Sequence record: SRR31156797_4649 | Strand: one strand, 5' to 3' | DNA length: 64,000 nucleotides | Shown here: one piece after another, positions 1 through 8,495 of the stretch | How the letters are laid out: each line of letters begins with the position of its first letter | Position numbering within the stretch: position 1 is the stretch's first letter | The notes under the pieces: generated by a model | Database searches by the model: none | The model's input: the letters and a program-made list of their open reading frames with translations, nothing else | Told to the model about the DNA's origin: nothing | Position numbers and translations under genes: made by a program

Positions 1-414
1 TGCCCAATTTTGAAAAACAGCTCCATTTCCACCATAGGTAATTAACTCGTGAGGATGTTGTGCCACAGCAGGATCCAGATTATTCTGAATCATCAGCATA
101 ATTGCAGCAGCTTGCTCACATTGAGCTGGATACCATTCGATTGGCCTGGCTGTCATTTCATAATCCGGACGGAAACGATACATATAAATACGTCCATATT
201 TTTCCAATTCCTCAGCAAACTCAGGAGCCAATTCAGCATGGAAAGACTCATCAAAATAACGAAGTGCATTTCTTAGAGCTAATTTCTTCTCCTCTTTGGT
301 AAGAATTTCTTTACGCTTAGGCGCATGGTTTACTTTAGGATCATATTCTTTTTTTGAAGGCAACTTAGACGGGATACCCTCTTTCAATAATTGTTGAAAA
401 TCTTCTTTTAACAT
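1..414 (-). CDS. hutU: Urocanate hydratase, long Bacteroidota type; 5' part only, runs off the window edge
   Basis: Not in the ORF track. Manual translation from ATG at 414: MLKEDFQQLLKEGIP...HAPKRK...LALRNALRYF...YGRIYMYRFRP...AAAIMLMIQNNLDPAVAQHPHELITYGGNGAVFQNWA, the urocanase N-terminal signature. Confidence 0.93.
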   Translation of the reverse strand, partial: MLKEDFQQLLKEGIPSKLPSKKEYDPKVNHAPKRKEILTKEEKKLALRNALRYFDESFHAELAPEFAEELEKYGRIYMYRFRPDYEMTARPIEWYPAQCEQAAAIMLMIQNNLDPAVAQHPHELITYGGNGAVFQNWA

Positions 415-433
415 AGCGATAATTTTTCTAGCG

Positions 434-441
434 CAAAAGTA
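434..441 (-). promoter_or_regulatory. Putative Bacteroidota sigma70 -7 element for hutU
   Basis: Minus strand TACTTTTG matches TAnnTTTG about 20 nt upstream of the ATG. Confidence 0.5.
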
Positions 442-550
442 TCAAAAATCCAGTTATTTAAAAGTGTCAAATGTCAGTTAAATACATTTGAAAATTATTT
501 TGGCAATAAAATAACATACGGTATCTTTCGAACCCCAAAACAAACAAAAA

Positions 551-2764
551 ATGAGCGAAAACAAATTAATTGAGCTGGCTTCAAAGTATATAAACAGCAC
601 TAACAGAAATATTTTCTTAACAGGAAAAGCAGGAACAGGTAAAACAACTTTTCTTAGAGAAATAACACAAAAAACACATAAAAATACAATTGTGGCAGCC
701 CCTACGGGAATTGCAGCAATTAATGCCGGAGGAGTAACACTACACTCTCTTTTTCAACTACCATTTGGAACATTCATCCCAGACAATAAAATCATACATT
801 CAGCCTCAGATTTTGAGTTAAACAGTAAGGCTACAATCATTAAAAACCTTAAACTAAATAAAGCCAAAAGACAATTAATTTACAGTATCGAATTACTCAT
901 TATTGACGAAGTCAGTATGCTAAGGGCTGATATTCTGGATGCTATTGACACTGTATTAAAATATATCAAAAGAAACAAGTTACCTTTTGGTGGCATACAG
1001 ATTCTTTTTATTGGCGACCTACTTCAATTACCACCAGTTGTAAAAGATAATGAATGGAATATTTTACAACACTACTATAAAAATCTTTATTTTTTTAATG
1101 CCCAGGCACTTAAAGAAGAAAAACCCATACATATTGAACTGGAAAAAGTGTACAGACAAGAGGACCAAAGCTTTCTTGATATTCTTAACAACCTGAGAAA
1201 CAACAAACTTACAAATAAAGATATAGAAACATTAAACGAGCATTATAGTCCAGAAATCAATCTTAATAAAGAGGCAATTTTTATCACAACCCATAACAGA
1301 AAAGCTGATGCTATAAACCATAAAGAACTTAAAAAACTTGAAGGTAAAACGCACACATACAACGCCATTATACATAAAGAATTTAATGAATCCCAATATC
1401 CTATAGAACCTTTTCTTGAGCTCAAAAAAGGAGCTAAGGTTATGTTCATTAAAAATGATTATTCAGGGGAGAATAGATATTTTAATGGCAAAATTGGAAC
1501 TGTTATAGAATTGGACGAAGATGGCCCTGTTGTTGAATTTAAAGATGGAACAGATCCTTTTATTGTTGAGCCTTATACCTGGGAGAATAAGCGATTTAAA
1601 CTCAATAAAGAAACCAATGAAATAGAAACCACTATTAAAGGAACTTTTAAGCATTTACCTCTCAAATTAGCCTGGGCTGTTACGGTACATAAAAGCCAGG
1701 GGCTAACTTTTGAAAATGCCATAATAGACGTTTCAGAAGCATTTGCTCCGGGACAGATATATGTGGCCCTATCCAGGTTGCGGTCTCTAGAGGGTCTAAT
1801 ACTAAACGCTCCAATTACTGGTAAAACGCATAATTTTGAAGATGCCATAATAGATTTCAGCAATCAAAAGTTAAATTCCGAAAAACTTGAAAGCAAATTT
1901 AAGCCAGATGCATGGAATTACATAGTATCCTATTCCAAAGAAGCTTTCAATCTTGAAAACCTGTTTTTTCAGTTTAAAAATCATGTGGATAGTTATAATA
2001 AATCTACTGTACACTCAAAAAAACAACAGTTTAAAAACTGGGCAATAAATATTAAGAAAAGCATCCTACCCTACAAAGATACTGGTGACAAGTTTATTCA
2101 AAAAATCAATAAGCTCGAAAACAATTATAGTGAACAAAACATCAAATGGCTTATTGAGAAAATTGATGGTGGAACAAACTATTTTAATGAAAATTTAAAA
2201 TTAATCCGTAAGTCAATTCAAAACCATGCTGCTGAAATAAACAGTTTAACAGGAGTAAAAGCATATTTAAAAGAATTAGAAATATTAGATAGCGCAGTAA
2301 GTGGGCAAATGGAAAAATTCAATAAAGCTAAAATTTTGGCTAAATCTTTTATAGAGAATACGATTCCGGACAAGCAAAGCTTTAAAAAACAAATCTTAGA
2401 CAAAAAAAACAAAAACATATACGCTCCTGAAAAGAAACAAAAAACACCTTCTCACCAAATAACCTTCAACATGTTTAAGGATAATATGACGATTGAAGAA
2501 ATAGCCTTAGAAAGGAACCTCTCAAACATCACTATTGAGGGGCATCTGAGCCAATATGTTGAAACCGGTGAAATAGATTACAAGCATCTGATTGATGAAG
2601 AAACCTTTCAACTAATTAAAAAGGCCACAGAATCACTTAAGACATACCGATTAACTCCTATCAAAAAAGCTATTAGCAACGATTATTCATTCAGTGATAT
2701 AAAAATTGCAATTGCTGCTTTAAAAGCGAAAAAACAAATAAAACCGGAATACTATAATGAATAA
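551..2764 (+). CDS. Pif1/RecD-like SF1B DNA helicase with C-terminal helix-turn-helix domain
   Basis: Walker A GKAGTGKT, motif Ia AAPTGIAA, IIDEVSM, GDLLQLPPV, HKSQGLT and YVALSR. C-terminal SHQIT...IEEIALERNL...TIEGHL resembles a RecQ/YpbB-type HTH. Confidence 0.9.
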   Translation: MSENKLIELASKYINSTNRNIFLTGKAGTGKTTFLREITQKTHKNTIVAAPTGIAAINAGGVTLHSLFQLPFGTFIPDNKIIHSASDFELNSKATIIKNLKLNKAKRQLIYSIELLIIDEVSMLRADILDAIDTVLKYIKRNKLPFGGIQILFIGDLLQLPPVVKDNEWNILQHYYKNLYFFNAQALKEEKPIHIELEKVYRQEDQSFLDILNNLRNNKLTNKDIETLNEHYSPEINLNKEAIFITTHNRKADAINHKELKKLEGKTHTYNAIIHKEFNESQYPIEPFLELKKGAKVMFIKNDYSGENRYFNGKIGTVIELDEDGPVVEFKDGTDPFIVEPYTWENKRFKLNKETNEIETTIKGTFKHLPLKLAWAVTVHKSQGLTFENAIIDVSEAFAPGQIYVALSRLRSLEGLILNAPITGKTHNFEDAIIDFSNQKLNSEKLESKFKPDAWNYIVSYSKEAFNLENLFFQFKNHVDSYNKSTVHSKKQQFKNWAINIKKSILPYKDTGDKFIQKINKLENNYSEQNIKWLIEKIDGGTNYFNENLKLIRKSIQNHAAEINSLTGVKAYLKELEILDSAVSGQMEKFNKAKILAKSFIENTIPDKQSFKKQILDKKNKNIYAPEKKQKTPSHQITFNMFKDNMTIEEIALERNLSNITIEGHLSQYVETGEIDYKHLIDEETFQLIKKATESLKTYRLTPIKKAISNDYSFSDIKIAIAALKAKKQIKPEYYNE

Positions 2765-2936
2765 AAATATAGGTCTGGGATAAATCAGTTTTTCATATCA
2801 ATATCTAATCTTAAATAAAGTTTAAATATTTCTTGCATGATGCTTTATTTTGCTTTTACGCCTAAATATGCTTTATTTTGTAAACCGTATGGCAATTTGT
2901 AATACTTTGTTTAAAAATGTACAGATATTTGTGGTA

Positions 2937-2954
2937 GAATACATCCATGTATTC
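2937..2954. promoter_or_regulatory. Perfect inverted repeat GAATACAT-cc-ATGTATTC upstream of the porin/proVWX operon; candidate operator
   Basis: 8-bp arms with a 2-nt spacer, about 105 nt before the porin ATG. Confidence 0.4.
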
Positions 2955-3059
2955 CTATTCAAAGTTGCACGCCATCTATGACTCTAGTCGTGAACCCCAG
3001 CTTCAGTCAGGATTTCCATAAAATATTTTCCTTTTATTCATTTATAAATCAATTTAATT

Positions 3060-4316
3060 ATGAGAAAAATGAACTTTGTTCTATTCCTTAGTATTTTTTT
3101 GATTCTATCAACCGGATTTTCGTCAAACATTCTTGCACAAGAGGAAGAGAAAAAAGACGGATTCAAATTTGGTGGTGCAGTAAGGTATAATATACTAAGC
3201 ACCAATTACGAAAGCGATCCAACAGCATTAAGCACAAGTGCAACATGGGATACTTGGCGTTTGAATGTGGATGGTACTATGAAAGGACTTGATTTGAGTT
3301 TTGAATACCGCTTCTATCCTACTTTTGGAACGCATTTTATTCACCATGGATGGATTGGTTACGATTTTAACGACGTAGCTTACATGAAGTTAGGTGTAAG
3401 CCAGGTTCCATTCGGTATAACTAAGTTTGCATCACACTCATGGTGGTTCCAGGGACCTTACTATGTAGGTTTAGAGGACGACTACGACATGGGAATCAAG
3501 TTTGATTTAAACTTAATTGAGAACCTTGATCTTGCGGTTGCTTATTATCGTCAATCAGAACCTGAAGGTCCAGTTTATGGCGGTGATGTAACTTTTGGTA
3601 ATTCAGGTGCAGGTAGATACTCCTATGATATTACACCTGATCCTGCAAATGGAATGTCAGTTCGTGAACTTAATCAATTTAACGTCAGGGCAGCTTATCA
3701 CCTTACTGATGATATTGAAGCAGGCCTTTCTTTTCAAGCAGGGCAAAATTATAATTCAGTAATTGATGATTCGGAATTTTCTACTGCTTTTGGTGCTCAC
3801 ATAAATGCAAATTTTGGCAATTTCAATTTCAAAGGTGAATTCATAAATTATAATTATGCCGCTAAAGGAGATGATTCAACTTCTCTTGATGTAATCCCTA
3901 TGGGCGCTTATGGTTTTTCGTATGGTGTAGCAACGGAAGCTAACATGTATGTAGCCGGGCTTGCTTACACAATTGAAGTTGATTGGGGTCCAATAAGTAG
4001 TATTCAACCTTATATCGATTTCACTTTAATCGATAAAGTAAATAAAGACTTTGAAAATACATACCATTTAATCCCCGGGTTCCTTGTATCAGCCGGACCA
4101 ATTTATGCCTATTTCGATTTTGCAATGGGTAAAAACCAACCATGGTTAACAGATGATTTTGGTGTAGGCCTTGGTGCAGGTAGACTATATGATATGGGTG
4201 CTGACCCTGAAATGGATTACTATACTGATGACCCTGCAAAAGACGGAACCCCGGTTCCTGTTGGAGACCTAAGTTGGAACACACGTTTTAACATTAATAT
4301 TGGATATTATTTCTAG
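3060..4316 (+). CDS. Outer-membrane beta-barrel protein; putative porin linked to osmoprotectant uptake
   Basis: Signal peptide ending ILA|QEE, alternating aromatic/Gly beta-strand pattern and C-terminal RFNINIGYYF (BAM-type terminal Phe). First gene before proVWX. Confidence 0.75.
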   Translation: MRKMNFVLFLSIFLILSTGFSSNILAQEEEKKDGFKFGGAVRYNILSTNYESDPTALSTSATWDTWRLNVDGTMKGLDLSFEYRFYPTFGTHFIHHGWIGYDFNDVAYMKLGVSQVPFGITKFASHSWWFQGPYYVGLEDDYDMGIKFDLNLIENLDLAVAYYRQSEPEGPVYGGDVTFGNSGAGRYSYDITPDPANGMSVRELNQFNVRAAYHLTDDIEAGLSFQAGQNYNSVIDDSEFSTAFGAHINANFGNFNFKGEFINYNYAAKGDDSTSLDVIPMGAYGFSYGVATEANMYVAGLAYTIEVDWGPISSIQPYIDFTLIDKVNKDFENTYHLIPGFLVSAGPIYAYFDFAMGKNQPWLTDDFGVGLGAGRLYDMGADPEMDYYTDDPAKDGTPVPVGDLSWNTRFNINIGYYF

Positions 4317-4329
4317 AATATAAACAAAT

Positions 4330-4357
4330 AGCCACCAGCCACATACGGCTGATGGCT
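4330..4357 (+). terminator. Intercistronic hairpin; weak terminator or mRNA stabiliser
   Basis: AGCCACCAGCC-acatac-GGCTGATGGCT with one mismatch, followed only by a weak T tract. Confidence 0.5.
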
Positions 4358-4387
4358 TTCTATTAACTAATAGAGAGGGAAAAATTC

Positions 4388-5623
4388 ATGAGTGACATAC
4401 AAGTAAAAAACCTGAATGTCATTTTCGGAAAAAGAAAAAAAGAAGCATTAAAACTACTTAATCAGGGAGTTAGCAAGGCTGATATTCTTGAAAAAACTGG
4501 ATGCACCGTAGGTGTAAACGATGCAAACTTTGAAATCAAACAGGGTGAGTTTTTTGTGGTAATGGGACTATCCGGAAGTGGCAAATCAACATTATTGAGA
4601 TGTTTTAATCGATTAATTGAGCCAACATCTGGTGAAATTATCATTCGAAATAATGATGTATTAAAAACCAATGATAATGAACTGCGCCAAATTCGTAGAA
4701 AAACCATGACAATGGTTTTTCAGCATTTCGGATTATTGCCGCATAGAACCGTTAGTTCCAACGTTGCCTTTGGTCTTGAAATACAAGGCATAGATGAAAA
4801 AACACGAATTGAGAAGGCCTATAAAACTATCGAAACTGTAGGTCTTAAAGGTTATGAAGAACAAATGACAGGACAGCTCAGCGGTGGAATGCAGCAGCGA
4901 GTTGGTTTGGCCAGAGCACTGGCAACTGACCCGGAAGTGCTGTTAATGGATGAAGCATTTAGTGCATTAGATCCACTCATTCGAACCAATATGCAGGATG
5001 AATTACTTGAATTACAAAGTAAAGTCAAAAAGACCATCCTTTTTATTACACACGATCTGGATGAAGCCCTAAAATTAGGAGATAGAATTGCCATAATGAA
5101 AGATGGTAAAATTGTGCAAATTGGTACACCAGAAGAAATCCTCACCAACCCATCTGATGATTATGTACGTGCATTTGTAGAAAATGTAGATAGAGGAGAA
5201 ATTGTAACTGCTCGTTCTATCATGTTCGAGAAACCTGCCAGCATTCGCATAGACCATGATGGGCCAAAAGTAGCTTTAAGAAAAATGCGCCAGCATGGTG
5301 TAACATCCTTACCTGTAGTTGATACTTATAACAAATTCCTTGGGTTTGTAAAAGATGATGAAATGGCACTACTGGAAGAAAAGAAGCAGGAAAAAATCAG
5401 CGAATACATGCATAAAAAAGAGGAGGTTACAGCAGTTGGACCAGACACACCGGTTTCAGAAATGCTCCCTCTTTTCCTAGACAATATTTACAATATTGCA
5501 GTAATAGATGAAAACAAAAAGCTCATGGGGGTTGTGGTTCACTCATCTGTAATTAGTGAAATGATTGGAAAAGAACGCGAAGAAGTTGTTCAACTTAAAG
5601 CAGAAGGAGGAATTACATTATGA
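4388..5623 (+). CDS. proV: Glycine betaine/proline ABC transporter ATP-binding subunit with CBS pair
   Basis: GLSGSGKST, LSGGMQQRVGLARALA, MDEAFSALDPLIR, FITHDLDEAL and C-terminal CBS domains. Confidence 0.95.
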   Translation: MSDIQVKNLNVIFGKRKKEALKLLNQGVSKADILEKTGCTVGVNDANFEIKQGEFFVVMGLSGSGKSTLLRCFNRLIEPTSGEIIIRNNDVLKTNDNELRQIRRKTMTMVFQHFGLLPHRTVSSNVAFGLEIQGIDEKTRIEKAYKTIETVGLKGYEEQMTGQLSGGMQQRVGLARALATDPEVLLMDEAFSALDPLIRTNMQDELLELQSKVKKTILFITHDLDEALKLGDRIAIMKDGKIVQIGTPEEILTNPSDDYVRAFVENVDRGEIVTARSIMFEKPASIRIDHDGPKVALRKMRQHGVTSLPVVDTYNKFLGFVKDDEMALLEEKKQEKISEYMHKKEEVTAVGPDTPVSEMLPLFLDNIYNIAVIDENKKLMGVVVHSSVISEMIGKEREEVVQLKAEGGITL

Positions 5624-6492
5624 AAATAGATTTAGGAAAATATATTGAAAATGGTGTAGAATGGCTATCTGAAAATGCCGGAGGCTTTTTTGATGCTATA
5701 ACAGTAGGAATAGATGCCATGGTAACCGGAATTCAGGCTGTTTTTCTATTCCTGCCTTTTTGGGTAACCATTATTCTTTTAGCTGCACTATCTTATTATT
5801 TGCCAGCAAGGGGAAAACTCTTTAGCAAAGCAGGTTGGAAAGCTGGTGGAGGAATGGCAATTTTTACTGTATTAGGTTTATTATTACTCTTTTTCATGGG
5901 TTATTGGGAAGAAACAATGCAGACAATTGCTCTGATATTAGCTTCTGCATTAATTGCCCTTTTTATTGGCATCCCACTAGGAATATATACTGCACGTCAC
6001 GATAGAGCCGAAAAAATTATAAGGCCAATATTGGATTTTATGCAAACAATGCCAGCCTTTGTTTACTTAATTCCTGCTATTATTTTGTTTAGTGTAGGAA
6101 ATGTGCCAGGAGTTGTGGCAACAATTGTTTTTGCATTACCCCCTGCAGTAAGATTAACAAACCTTGGTATTCGAAATGTACCTGAAGATGTTGTTGAGGC
6201 ATCGCGAGCATTTGGAGCCACAAAGCGACAACTACTCTATAAAGTACAATTACCTTTGGCTATGCCGACTATACTTGCTGGAGTGAACCAGGTAATTATG
6301 CTATCACTTTCAATGGTAGTAATTGCTTCTATGGTAGGTGCCGGAGGCCTCGGACAATCTGTTTATAAAGGAATTCTTACAGCAGATATTGGCCTAGGAT
6401 TCGAAGCAGGTTTAGGAATTGTAGTATTGGCCATAATACTTGACCGCATTACCCAAAATCTTGGATTTAAAACTAAAAGTATTGAACAATAA
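5620..6492 (+). CDS. proW: Glycine betaine/proline ABC transporter permease
   Basis: RPILDFMQTMPAFVYLIP, EAA-type loop VVEASRAFGAT and LSLSMVVIASMVGAGGLG. ATGA overlap with proV. Confidence 0.95.
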   Translation: MKIDLGKYIENGVEWLSENAGGFFDAITVGIDAMVTGIQAVFLFLPFWVTIILLAALSYYLPARGKLFSKAGWKAGGGMAIFTVLGLLLLFFMGYWEETMQTIALILASALIALFIGIPLGIYTARHDRAEKIIRPILDFMQTMPAFVYLIPAIILFSVGNVPGVVATIVFALPPAVRLTNLGIRNVPEDVVEASRAFGATKRQLLYKVQLPLAMPTILAGVNQVIMLSLSMVVIASMVGAGGLGQSVYKGILTADIGLGFEAGLGIVVLAIILDRITQNLGFKTKSIEQ

Positions 6493-6507
6493 TCTAAATA
6501 CATAATT

Positions 6508-7422
6508 ATGAAAAAATTAAAATCTAGTTTAAAATTAACTTTAGCTGTTTTAACCGGAGTTGCTTTTTTGACATTTGCTGGATGTCAATCAGGTGCTAAA
6601 AAAGATGTTAAAACAGATGATACCAAAAATACTAAAACTGATGAGCTCTCAATTCTTTACCCTAACTGGGCAGAAGGTATTGCATTTACACATCTAGCAC
6701 AGGCTGCCTTGCAAGACAAAGGTTATGATGTAAAAATTACTCCGCTTGAGCCTGGATTAATATATGCTGCATTAGATAAAGGTGATCATGATATTATGAT
6801 GGATGCATGGCTACCCCATACTCATAAAAACTACTGGGAAAAACATGGTGAAAATCTTGAGAAAATTGGAGAATCATTTAGTGGCGGAACAACAGGATTA
6901 GTAGTACCAGCTTATGTTGAGATTAATTCAATAGAAGAACTTAATGATAATGTAGATATGTTTGATGGTAAGATAATGGGGATTGGTAGCGGTGCCGGAA
7001 TTCATGGCAACACTGAAAAAGCTATTGAAGAATATGAACTTGATTTCAAACAAATTACTTCAAGCGGACCTGCTATGATGGCTTCTTTAAAAAGAGCATA
7101 TGATAAAAAAGAACCTGTAATAATTACAGGATGGAAGCCTCATCACATGTGGGCTGATTATGATCTTAAATACCTTGAAGATCCAAAAAATGTTTATCCT
7201 GCGGATGTGTGCGCCATTGTAACCAGAAAAGGATTTAAAGAAGAAAGACCTGTAGTGGCAAAATTCTTCATGAATTTCAATCTGGAGGAAATGAAACTTT
7301 ACAATCTTATGTCTGTAATAAATGAATCCGATGATACTGAAGTAGCTGCAAAAAAATGGTACAACGATCACAAAACACTTGTTGAAAGTTGGATGCCTGA
7401 TGAAATGAAAAACGCCAAATAA
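6508..7422 (+). CDS. proX: Glycine betaine ABC transporter substrate-binding lipoprotein (OpuAC type)
   Basis: Lipobox FAG|C; YPNWAEG, DAWLPHTH and WKPHHMW Trp motifs of OpuAC. Confidence 0.92.
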   Translation: MKKLKSSLKLTLAVLTGVAFLTFAGCQSGAKKDVKTDDTKNTKTDELSILYPNWAEGIAFTHLAQAALQDKGYDVKITPLEPGLIYAALDKGDHDIMMDAWLPHTHKNYWEKHGENLEKIGESFSGGTTGLVVPAYVEINSIEELNDNVDMFDGKIMGIGSGAGIHGNTEKAIEEYELDFKQITSSGPAMMASLKRAYDKKEPVIITGWKPHHMWADYDLKYLEDPKNVYPADVCAIVTRKGFKEERPVVAKFFMNFNLEEMKLYNLMSVINESDDTEVAAKKWYNDHKTLVESWMPDEMKNAK

Positions 7423-7446
7423 AATTAACAATATTAAGAATTTATT

Positions 7447-7478
7447 AACACCGGCATCTTTTGTCGGTGTTTTTTTTA
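7447..7478 (+). terminator. Rho-independent terminator after proX
   Basis: AACACCGGCA-tcttt-TGTCGGTGTT followed by a long T run. Confidence 0.85.
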
Positions 7479-7579
7479 TGGGTTTTCGCTTTAATTCATT
7501 AATTTTAAAGCTGAATCAATCAGGGACATAATAAATAACCTTGCTTTATTTTATACTAAAGCAGTTAATATTGAGAAAA

Positions 7580-8491
7580 ATGAGAAAACTTATTGGATTA
7601 GCTTTAATAATGATTTTCGCACTAGCTTGCGATCAAAAAATTGATATCAAAGAAGAAGCATTTATCGGCAATGAATGGACTATTGGTGGTGAAGTTATTT
7701 TCAGAAATGATTCAAGCGTATCATACGAAAAGTTTGACCCTGAAAAAAAAGAAATGGTTGGCGAAAAGCTATTTCCAATAACATTAACTGATTCAACAAT
7801 TACCTATACCTTGATTAAAGGAAAAGGTCATTACAATGATCAAAGACAATATGTTTTAACCGGAGATACAACCATTGTTTATAAGTCTGGTTACGATTTT
7901 AAAATGGTTAATGAAGAGCCAAAACTAATCATCTATAATGAAAGTTACCCAAAAATATGCAGTTCAAAAAAGAACAAATTGAATATAAAACCAACAAATA
8001 ACTACGATCAGGTAAAGTTTGAAATTGCCAAATATTCAATTGGAAGTAGAATTGATAGAGACCTTCTCAAAACCAGAGGAATATACAACTACGAAACTTA
8101 TACAATTGAAGATTGTGAACTTAAAACCAACCATGATATCAAAATCAAAATTATTGGTTACAACCAGATTTATGCCATTGAAAGACATAATATCCCCAAC
8201 TACAGAGTAGAAGAAATAAAAAAAGTAGTGACTTCTAAAATGGGCATTGATCCAGTATATGTGCCTATGAGCCAATTAAGCGAAAAATCTGATTATGCTT
8301 ACGAATTTTACCAGTGGAGTCTAAATGGTGTAAGAATTAAACTTGAAAGAAGTCGCTATGTGGGTGATTATGCTTATATGAACCTTTTAGATAGTGACGC
8401 CTGGATACTTTACTATGATGATGACGTGCAAAAGGCTTTACTTATTGAACAACACAAAAAAAGCAAGCCACATAGTACAATAATTAATTAA
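7580..8491 (+). CDS. Hypothetical lipoprotein
   Basis: Start moved to ATG 7580 (MRKLIGLALIMIFALA|CDQ lipobox). No recognisable domain. Confidence 0.7.
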   Translation: MRKLIGLALIMIFALACDQKIDIKEEAFIGNEWTIGGEVIFRNDSSVSYEKFDPEKKEMVGEKLFPITLTDSTITYTLIKGKGHYNDQRQYVLTGDTTIVYKSGYDFKMVNEEPKLIIYNESYPKICSSKKNKLNIKPTNNYDQVKFEIAKYSIGSRIDRDLLKTRGIYNYETYTIEDCELKTNHDIKIKIIGYNQIYAIERHNIPNYRVEEIKKVVTSKMGIDPVYVPMSQLSEKSDYAYEFYQWSLNGVRIKLERSRYVGDYAYMNLLDSDAWILYYDDDVQKALLIEQHKKSKPHSTIIN

Positions 8492-8495
8492 ATCT

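Noticed and set aside
49-302. Plus-strand ORFs 49-276 and 102-302
   Set aside because: They are antisense shadows of hutU, which has a clear family signature on the minus strand.
551-2764. Pif1-like helicase as an anti-phage or mobile-element gene
   Set aside because: It is a stand-alone gene in housekeeping context with no nuclease partner or mobility genes.
2955-3059. Riboswitch (for example c-di-AMP) in the porin/proVWX leader
   Set aside because: Only a tiny hairpin is present, with no recognisable aptamer consensus or expression-platform terminator.
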